Positions 28,465-34,514 of a stretch of 64,000 nt of DNA are shown piece by piece. The notes under the pieces are model-generated. The model did no database searches. It was given only the letters and a program-made list of their open reading frames with translations, and was not told where the DNA came from. The first letter of the stretch is position 1. Every line of letters begins with the position of its first letter. Position numbers and translations under genes: made by a program. Source of the stretch: Tissierellia bacterium (GTDB lineage Bacteria > Bacillota > Clostridia > Tissierellales > Peptoniphilaceae); contig JAAYFG010000055.1 in NCBI GenBank assembly GCA_012728335.1, positions 967 through 64,966 of the forward strand, in the 5' to 3' direction.

Positions 28465-28904
28465 AAGTAGTAGCGGTCTGTATAAGTGAAAAAAAAGGAA
28501 CGAGAAAACATACAGTTGATAGTATTGAACTGAAAATTGACCATGGAATAGTTGGAGATGCTCATGCTGGGAACTGGCATAGACAAGTTAGTTTTCTTGA
28601 TCAAAGTAGCTTTGATAAAATGAAAATAGCATATCCAGAATTGCATCCTGGTGATTTTGCAGAAAATATATTAACTGAAGGAATTGAACTTTTTACACTT
28701 CCAATAGGAACTAGATTAAGAGTTGGAGAAACTGAGTTAGAAGTTACTCAAATTGGAAAAGAGTGCCATAAGGGATGTGAAATAAGAAATATAGTTGGTG
28801 ATTGTGTTATGCCAAGAGAAGGAATCTTTGGGATAGTTACAAAGGAAGGAACTATTTACCCAGATGATGAAATAGAGATTCTGAAGGATGAGGCAAATGA
28901 TTAG
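28461..28904 (+). CDS. MOSC domain-containing protein
   Basis: 147 aa. GDAHAG..HRQVS and GDFAENIL patterns typical of small MOSC proteins in clostridial moa operons. Confidence 0.7.
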   Translation: MKVVAVCISEKKGTRKHTVDSIELKIDHGIVGDAHAGNWHRQVSFLDQSSFDKMKIAYPELHPGDFAENILTEGIELFTLPIGTRLRVGETELEVTQIGKECHKGCEIRNIVGDCVMPREGIFGIVTKEGTIYPDDEIEILKDEAND

Positions 28905-29919
28905 AAAAGTTAAAACTGAGGATGCAGTAGGACTTCCACTATTGCATGATATCACAGGAATATTAGAAGGTGGATTTAAAGGAGTTGTCTTTAGAAGAAA
29001 CCATATAATACAATCTGAAGATATAAGCACATTGAAAAATATTGGTAAAGACCATGTGTACGTTGGTGAACTTGAAGCCAATGAAGTCCATGAAGAAGAT
29101 GCTGCAAAGTTACTAGCTCCCCATGTCGTTGGAGAAAATGTATCTTTTAATGAGCCGACGGAAGGCAAAATTAGTTTAAGTAGTGAAGTTGATGGATTAT
29201 TATCTATCAATTTAGACGGACTAAACAAGATTAATTCAGTAGGAGACTATACTATAGCATCACTTCCAAATTATATGGAAGTTAAAAAGAATCAAAAATT
29301 AGCTGGTTTGAGAATTGTTCCTTTATGGACTGAAAATGAAACCGTTGATACTGCAATAGAAATTGCAAAGTTGAATACTCCAATTTTTTCAGTTAAAGAG
29401 TACCGTAAGTTGAAAGTTGGAATCATCATTACTGGTAGTGAAGTGTATTATGGAAGAATTAAAGACTTGTTTGAGCCAGTACTTAGAAAAAAATTGTCCA
29501 AGTATGATGCAGAAATCTTAGATGTTAAAAAATGTCCTGATGATTTAGATTTCATAAAATCTAGTGCACAGAATTTCTTAGATATGGGGGCAGATTTAAT
29601 TATATTCACAGGCGGAATGTCAGTAGATCCAGACGATTTGACACCTACTGTAATAAAATCTTTGTCTGATGAGATGATTACTCAAGGTGTTCCTATGCAA
29701 CCAGGTAATATGCTTACTATTGGTAAGGTAGGGAAAGCAATACTCATAGGAGTTCCAGGAGCTTCAATTCATGCTCCAACAACGAGTTTTGAAATAACCT
29801 TACCTAAAATATTTGCAGGTGTAGAGATTACTAAAGAAGATATAAATGCGATGGGTGCAGGTGGACTTTGTTTAAATTGTGAAGTATGCCATTATCCAAT
29901 TTGCTTTTTTGGGAGATAG
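28888..29919 (+). CDS. Molybdopterin-binding (MoeA-domain-III/MoCF_biosynth-like) protein with C-terminal Cys cluster
   Basis: GIIITGSEV... and IFTGGMSVDPDD motifs of the MoCF-binding fold. C-terminal CLNCEVCHYPIC. Confidence 0.6.
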   Translation: MRQMIRKVKTEDAVGLPLLHDITGILEGGFKGVVFRRNHIIQSEDISTLKNIGKDHVYVGELEANEVHEEDAAKLLAPHVVGENVSFNEPTEGKISLSSEVDGLLSINLDGLNKINSVGDYTIASLPNYMEVKKNQKLAGLRIVPLWTENETVDTAIEIAKLNTPIFSVKEYRKLKVGIIITGSEVYYGRIKDLFEPVLRKKLSKYDAEILDVKKCPDDLDFIKSSAQNFLDMGADLIIFTGGMSVDPDDLTPTVIKSLSDEMITQGVPMQPGNMLTIGKVGKAILIGVPGASIHAPTTSFEITLPKIFAGVEITKEDINAMGAGGLCLNCEVCHYPICFFGR

Positions 29920-29921
29920 AT

Positions 29922-30422
29922 ATGGGAAATAAATACAATGTTGGAATCATAACTATTAGTGATAGATCTTCAAGTGGAGAACGAGAAGACTTAGCTGGTC
30001 CATTACTTAGGGATTTAGTTGAAGAAGATGGATACAAAGTAGTGAATGAATCCATAGTACCTGATGAAAAAGATTTAATCATGGAAAAGCTTATAGAATT
30101 AAGCAATGATGATAGTATTGCTTTAATATTAACCACTGGTGGAACTGGCTTTTCACCACGAGACATAACTCCTGAGGCGACGATAGAAGTTTGTGAGAGA
30201 CTTACACCAGGAATACCTGAAGTTATGAGAGCTCATAGTAGTAAATACACTAATAGAGCATATTTATCTAGATCTCAAGCTGGAATTAGAAAAAGGAGTT
30301 TGATTATTAATTTACCAGGAAGTCCTAAAGCGCTAAAGGAAAACTTAGAGGTATTACTACCTTTTCTAGATCATGGACTTCAAATGCTAAGAGGAAAATC
30401 AGCAGACTGTGCTAATGAATGA
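29922..30422 (+). CDS. mog: Molybdopterin adenylyltransferase MogA/MoaB family
   Basis: VGIITISDRSS and LILTTGGTGFSPRDITPEA motifs. ATG 29922 follows GGGAGA and the stop of the previous gene. The longer ORF start at 29886 was rejected. Confidence 0.85.
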   Translation: MGNKYNVGIITISDRSSSGEREDLAGPLLRDLVEEDGYKVVNESIVPDEKDLIMEKLIELSNDDSIALILTTGGTGFSPRDITPEATIEVCERLTPGIPEVMRAHSSKYTNRAYLSRSQAGIRKRSLIINLPGSPKALKENLEVLLPFLDHGLQMLRGKSADCANE

Positions 30423-30450
30423 TTCATTGGCACTTTTTTATTTGATATAT

Positions 30451-30468
30451 TGTAAACGATAGTTTACA
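30451..30468. promoter_or_regulatory. Perfect 7-4-7 inverted repeat TGTAAAC-gata-GTTTACA in the mog/tatA intergenic region
   Basis: Arms are exact reverse complements. No T-run, so it is a candidate protein-binding site rather than a terminator. Confidence 0.25.
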
Positions 30469-30693
30469 TTTAGAGAAAAGGACTGTGATATCCTAGTAAA
30501 CATCAGACTTAATAAAAAACATTAGATTTAGATAGTTAAAGTTTTGTTGTATAAGTCAAATTATAATGATATAATAAAGGGCAGAATTTGTGGTTTTATT
30601 TAGTGTTCATACTAATATTTCCACAACAGATAGCATCAAAAAGAGTTGTTTTGATCTATTTGATAAAAATATTAAATTAGTTAGGAGAAAAGT

Positions 30694-30933
30694 ATGTTTG
30701 GGAAATTAGGATTAGGCGAATTATTATTGCTTTTCGGTGTTGTACTATTGCTATTTGGACCAAAAAAATTACCAGAGCTTGCTAGATCTATGGGTCAAGC
30801 TGTAAAGGAATTTAAAAAAGGCCAAGAAGAAATAGAAGAAACACTAAATGCTGATGTTACAGTTACAGAAACTAAGACAACAGAAGAAGTAAAAGAAGTT
30901 AAAGAAGACAAAGAAACTGAAAATAAACAATAG
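30694..30933 (+). CDS. tatA: Twin-arginine translocase subunit TatA/E
   Basis: MFGKLGLGELLLLFGVVLLLFGPKKLPELARSMGQAVKEFKK is a canonical TatA N-terminus. 79 aa. Confidence 0.92.
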   Translation: MFGKLGLGELLLLFGVVLLLFGPKKLPELARSMGQAVKEFKKGQEEIEETLNADVTVTETKTTEEVKEVKEDKETENKQ

Positions 30934-30949
30934 TCGATGAGGGATAATA

Positions 30950-31681
30950 TTGAATTCAAATAGTGAAATGCCATTTTTGGATCATCTTGATGAATTGAGA
31001 AGTAGACTTACAAAAGTTGCATTGCTACACATAATTGTAATGGTTATAGTCTTCACTAAATCTGGTGATATATTGAGACTTTTGTTGAAATTAAACCCTG
31101 AAATGCAATTGGTATTTATTGAACCATCTGAGATAATGGTGGTATATATGCAAATTGCGATGGTTGGTGCAGCCACTATATGTTCGCCTTTTACCATTCA
31201 TCAGATTTGGGCATTTGTTTCTAAAGGGCTATATGATAGAGAAAGACATTTTGTGATTATTGCAATAGCTATGGGGGCAGCATTTTTCGTCATAGGAGTA
31301 GTATTTGGATACATGATAGTAGTTCCTTTCTCTCTGCAGTTTTTCACAAGAATTTCTATTGAAGAAGTTCCGTCCATGGTCTCAGTCAAGTCTTATATCA
31401 GTTTTATATTGACTTTATTGTTGTCTTTAGGAGTAGTGTTTAATATGCCTTCACTAGTCTATGTAGCGACAAAGGTAGGAATATTGAAACCGAGTATGCT
31501 TAAAGAATACAGTAAGATAATAATAGTTATAATTTTTGCTGTTGCAGCAATAGTTACACCACCAGATGTGGTTTCTCAACTAATGATTGCAATTCCGATG
31601 GTTGCACTATTACAAATAAGTATAATGCTTTCGACAAATGTATATAATCGAAAGATGAGAAAGGAAAATAGACAATCATGA
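30950..31681 (+). CDS. tatC: Twin-arginine translocase subunit TatC
   Basis: PFLDHLDELRSRL N-terminal motif, six TM segments, 243 aa. TTG start after GAGGGA. Confidence 0.9.
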   Translation: MNSNSEMPFLDHLDELRSRLTKVALLHIIVMVIVFTKSGDILRLLLKLNPEMQLVFIEPSEIMVVYMQIAMVGAATICSPFTIHQIWAFVSKGLYDRERHFVIIAIAMGAAFFVIGVVFGYMIVVPFSLQFFTRISIEEVPSMVSVKSYISFILTLLLSLGVVFNMPSLVYVATKVGILKPSMLKEYSKIIIVIIFAVAAIVTPPDVVSQLMIAIPMVALLQISIMLSTNVYNRKMRKENRQS

Positions 31682-32337
31682 AAGTATTTGGAGTATCTGG
31701 CACGAGTAATTCAGGTAAGACTACAATAGTAGAAGAAATCATAATTGAACTTGGCAACAGGGGATATTCTGTTGGTTCAGTTAAATCGATAGGTTGCGGT
31801 AAAGATGATGATTATCATGATTCAACCGATAGTTTTTCAATTGACAGGTTTGGGACTGATTCATATATACACAAAGAGGCAGGATCCAAATTAGTGACCA
31901 CATGGGCAGAGAACGAGACTGCATTAATATATCCAAGAAGACTTGAGATTGAAGATATTATTTTGAACTATAATCATGACTTTTTGATTATTGAAGGTTT
32001 CAAAAAATCGGGATTACCGAAAGTCATAACCGGACAATCTAGAGAAGACGTTAATCTTTTAATGTCAGATTCAGTTTTCGCTATATCAGGGAAAATTTCT
32101 GATGAAGAGTCTGAGATAAATGGTATTAAAGTATATAAAACTTTTGAAGAAGTGAATGAATTAGTTGACTTAATAGTTGAGAATGTTCCAGAGTATAAGT
32201 ATTTAGATACAAATATAAATCTAAAGGTTTTCAATAAAGAAGTTGATACTGAGAGTGTAGAAAGAGAATTATATGGACTACTTAAAAAATTAGGAATCCA
32301 TAATCAAGATGTAAAAATTAGTATAAGTGAGAAATAA
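31678..32337 (+). CDS. mobB: Molybdopterin-guanine dinucleotide biosynthesis adapter MobB-like protein with C-terminal extension
   Basis: P-loop VFGVSGTSNSGKTT at the N-terminus, as in MobB. ATGA overlap with tatC. Confidence 0.7.
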   Translation: MKVFGVSGTSNSGKTTIVEEIIIELGNRGYSVGSVKSIGCGKDDDYHDSTDSFSIDRFGTDSYIHKEAGSKLVTTWAENETALIYPRRLEIEDIILNYNHDFLIIEGFKKSGLPKVITGQSREDVNLLMSDSVFAISGKISDEESEINGIKVYKTFEEVNELVDLIVENVPEYKYLDTNINLKVFNKEVDTESVERELYGLLKKLGIHNQDVKISISEK

Positions 32338-32370
32338 AGTGCCAATTAAGATTTAATTAGGCACTTTTTT
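32338..32370 (+). terminator. Rho-independent terminator ending the Moco/Tat gene string
   Basis: AGTGCCAATTAA...TTAATTaGGCACT stem plus a T6 run. Confidence 0.8.
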
Positions 32371-32461
32371 GTACTCAAATTTGTGTAAAACATAGTGATT
32401 TTATTGACAAAATATAAGCACTTCTTTATAATTGATATAATATTGAAAAATGGGAGGGAAT

Positions 32462-33481
32462 ATGGATAGTTTTTTTAAGAGAAAGAATATTTCTCTAAGT
32501 CTAAAAGTATATTTTATTGATGCAATGGGTGCAATGGCATATGGATTGTTTGCATCATTGTTAGTAGGGACTATATTAAACACCATAGGTGGGCAGCTAA
32601 ATATTGCCTTCCTAACTGATGTATTATGGCCAGTAGCACAAGAGGGAACTGGAGCGGCAATGGCAGTTGCAATTGCGTACGCATTAAAGGCTCCAGATTT
32701 AGTTATGTTTTCGTCAACTATAGTGGGGATTGCCAGCTATAAACTTGGTGGTCCAATGGGAACTTTCATAGCGACTATATTTGCTGTAGAGATGGGAAAG
32801 ATGATATCTAAAGAGACGAAATTAGACATCATTCTTACTCCGTCATTGACTATATTAGTTGGAGTAATTATTTCAACATTTTTAGGACCAAGTATTAATT
32901 ACATAATGGTCACATTGGGAAATATAATCATGGCAGCAACTACTAGAACTCCTTTTATAATGAGCATTATAGTTTCTGTCATAGTTGGTTTGGTATTGAC
33001 TTCTCCGATGTCATCGGCGGCACTGTGTATGATGCTTTCATTGTCTGGATTAGCTGGTGGAGCAGCGACTATAGGATGTTGTGCTCAGATGGTGGGATTT
33101 GCAGCAATATCTTATAAGGATAACAACTTTGAGAACACTATGGCAATAGGAATAGGTTCAAGTATGTTTCAAATGCCAAATATTGTGAAGAACTGGAAAG
33201 TATTAATACCACCAACATTGTCAGCGGCTATTATTGCTCCAATTGGCACAATTCTATTTAAAATGGAAAACACACCCCTTGGTTCAGGAATGGGAACATC
33301 CGGTCTTGTAGGGCAAATAGGAACGTATAATGCCATGCTTGAGAGCCGCGGTGGAGGAGAAATACTAATGGCTATACTTTTATTACATATAGTATTGCCG
33401 ATAGCAATATCGCTTATTACATATAAGATAATGATGAAAAAGGGATACATAGCAAAGGGAGACTTAACACTAAAAAATTAA
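32462..33481 (+). CDS. Polytopic membrane protein, PTS EIIC-2-like family (tentative)
   Basis: About 340 aa, Gly/Ala-rich TM segments. GGGAGGG SD precedes ATG 32462. The family assignment is from memory only. Confidence 0.4.
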   Translation: MDSFFKRKNISLSLKVYFIDAMGAMAYGLFASLLVGTILNTIGGQLNIAFLTDVLWPVAQEGTGAAMAVAIAYALKAPDLVMFSSTIVGIASYKLGGPMGTFIATIFAVEMGKMISKETKLDIILTPSLTILVGVIISTFLGPSINYIMVTLGNIIMAATTRTPFIMSIIVSVIVGLVLTSPMSSAALCMMLSLSGLAGGAATIGCCAQMVGFAAISYKDNNFENTMAIGIGSSMFQMPNIVKNWKVLIPPTLSAAIIAPIGTILFKMENTPLGSGMGTSGLVGQIGTYNAMLESRGGGEILMAILLLHIVLPIAISLITYKIMMKKGYIAKGDLTLKN

Positions 33482-33576
33482 GAAAAGTCTGAAAGAAAGT
33501 TTTTCTTTGAAAATTGGAGAATTTTGTGTTTCTAAGTTCTCAAATTTTATTTAAAAATGAGTATATTTATAGTTTC

Positions 33577-33679
33577 TTGAAGGAGAGTGAAGGGAGTTGC
33601 GGTTCTCTCTCATACCCTCCTTCAAACATCCTCAATTAAATACATCAATGATTATCTATCCAAGAAAACTAATAGATAG
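33577..33679 (+). repeat. Structured repeat unit A: purine/pyrimidine-armed hairpin (33577-33625) plus AT hairpin (33653-33679)
   Basis: Outer stem TTGAAGGAG / CTCCTTCAA (9 bp, perfect). Downstream TATCTAT...ATAGATA hairpin. The flank ATCAAtGATTATCTATCCAAG is shared with unit C. Confidence 0.7.
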
Positions 33680-33748
33680 CAGATTAAAAACTACCATATA
33701 TAATCAAAATAATACTATTCCAAAATGTATGAAATTCATATGGTTTAA

Positions 33749-33829
33749 ATGTTTTAGCGTGGAAGGGTTGAAGAGAGAGTTTGAGAGAGAAAAAAGGGAA
33801 CCTACGCAAGTTCCCTTATCTCTCTCAAA
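33749..33829 (+). repeat. Structured repeat unit B (A/T-variant hairpin 33780-33829)
   Basis: TTTGAGAGAGA-aaaaa-GGGAAC-CTACGCAA-GTTCCC-tta-TCTCTCTCAAA. 5' flank GTTTTAGCGTG is shared with units C-E. Confidence 0.75.
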
Positions 33830-34036
33830 TAAGATATATGAGAAGTAGAGCTTTAACTTGTATATCGTGCATTAACACAGTTTAGTATGTAAAATATAAC
33901 ACAGTTTAGTATATAAAATATAATGCATTCAGTATTTTAATGGTTTTAAAGATTTTAGCGTGTGAGGGTGCTATAGGGGGAGTTTGAGGGGGAGAGGGGG
34001 ACCCTACGCAAGGTCCCTGCTTCCCCCTTAAGTAAA
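33800..34036 (+). repeat. Long direct repeat, copy 1 (contains an extra internal 24-nt tandem duplication)
   Basis: Near-identical to 34235-34445 except for the insertion GTAAAATATAACACAGTTTAGTAT and a few substitutions. Confidence 0.8.
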
Positions 34037-34086
34037 TATATCAAAGATTATCTATCCAAGGAAACCAATAGATTTCAAATATTTTT
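33931..34086 (+). ncRNA. Candidate small RNA (paralog 1) containing repeat unit C
   Basis: Promoter-like ATAACA (33896-33901) - 17 nt - TATAAT (33919-33924). Two hairpins followed by a U-rich stretch around 34081-34086. Purely predictive. Confidence 0.2.
33953..34075 (+). repeat. Structured repeat unit C (G/C-variant hairpin 33986-34029 plus AT hairpin 34050-34073)
   Basis: GAGGGGGAG-agg-GGGACC-CTACGCAA-GGTCCC-tg-CTTCCCCCT. Same loop as unit B, with both stems changed in a compensatory way. Confidence 0.75.
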
Positions 34087-34185
34087 ACTTCTACTCTCTA
34101 AGGACTTAAAATCAAAGTGAAAACTATAAAACCTTTGACTCTTGAAAAACACTATGCAAATAAAGGTTTTAGTGTTTTAAAGATT

Positions 34186-34262
34186 TTAGCATGTGAGGGT
34201 GCTATAGGGGGAGTTTGAGGGGGAGAGAGGGACCCTACGCAAGTTCCCTTATCTCTCTCAAA
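34186..34262 (+). repeat. Structured repeat unit D (chimeric: C-type 5' arm with B-type 3' arm)
   Basis: GAGGGGGAGAGAGGGACC-CTACGCAA-GTTCCCTTATCTCTCTC. Arms can still pair on the plus-strand RNA mainly through G-U wobbles. Confidence 0.7.
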
Positions 34263-34445
34263 TAAGATATCTGAGAAGTAGAGCTTTAACTTGTATATCG
34301 TGCATTAACACAGTTTAGTATATAAAATATAATGCATTCAGTATTTTAATGGTTTTAAGGTTTTAGCGTGTGAGGGTGCTATAGGGGGAGTTTGAGGGGG
34401 AGAGAGGGACCCTACGCAAGGTCCCTGCTTCCCCCTTAAGTAAAT
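34235..34445 (+). repeat. Long direct repeat, copy 2
   Basis: Aligns by eye with 33800-34036 from CTACGCAAGTTCCCTTATCTCTCTC through CTTCCCCCTTAAGTAAAT. Confidence 0.8.
34364..34440 (+). repeat. Structured repeat unit E (G/C-variant, near-identical to unit C)
   Basis: TTTTAGCGTGTGAGGGTGCTATAGGGGGAGTTTGAGGGGGAGAGAGGGACCCTACGCAAGGTCCCTGCTTCCCCCTTAAG. Confidence 0.75.
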
Positions 34446-34476
34446 TCATCATAAAATAACAACATACCAACAAAAC

Positions 34477-34514
34477 AAAAAGTGGACTACCAAAAGGCAA
34501 TCCACTTTTTATTT
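34477..34514. terminator. Bidirectional Rho-independent terminator
   Basis: AAAAAGTGGA - 14-nt loop - TCCACTTTTT, with A-run and T-run on either side. Abuts the stop of the minus-strand ABC gene. Confidence 0.8.

Larger units (their letters stand above)
34340..34514 (+). ncRNA. Candidate small RNA (paralog 2) containing repeat unit E
   Basis: Promoter-like TTAACA (34305-34310) - 17 nt - TATAAT (34328-34333). Would end at the terminator 34477-34514. Purely predictive. Confidence 0.2.

Noticed and set aside
33597-33848. 83-aa ORF (MRFSLIPSFKHPQLNTS...) called in the six-frame track inside the repeat cluster
   Set aside because: It has no SD and low-complexity composition. It is built from hairpin arms of repeat units A and B, and the equivalent frames in the other repeat copies are broken. 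It is most likely a chance ORF across structured DNA.
33940-33987. 15-codon mini-ORF ATG GTT TTA AAG ... (MVLKILACEGAIGGV) at the start of repeat unit C
   Set aside because: It is not conserved. The corresponding sequence in units B, D and E is frameshifted or hits a stop within 2-6 codons.
33749-34445. Possible CRISPR array, because units begin with GTTTTAG and recur several times
   Set aside because: Spacing is irregular. The sequences between units are themselves duplicated, so they are not unique spacers. Units are about 80 nt with long hairpins, and no cas genes are in the window.
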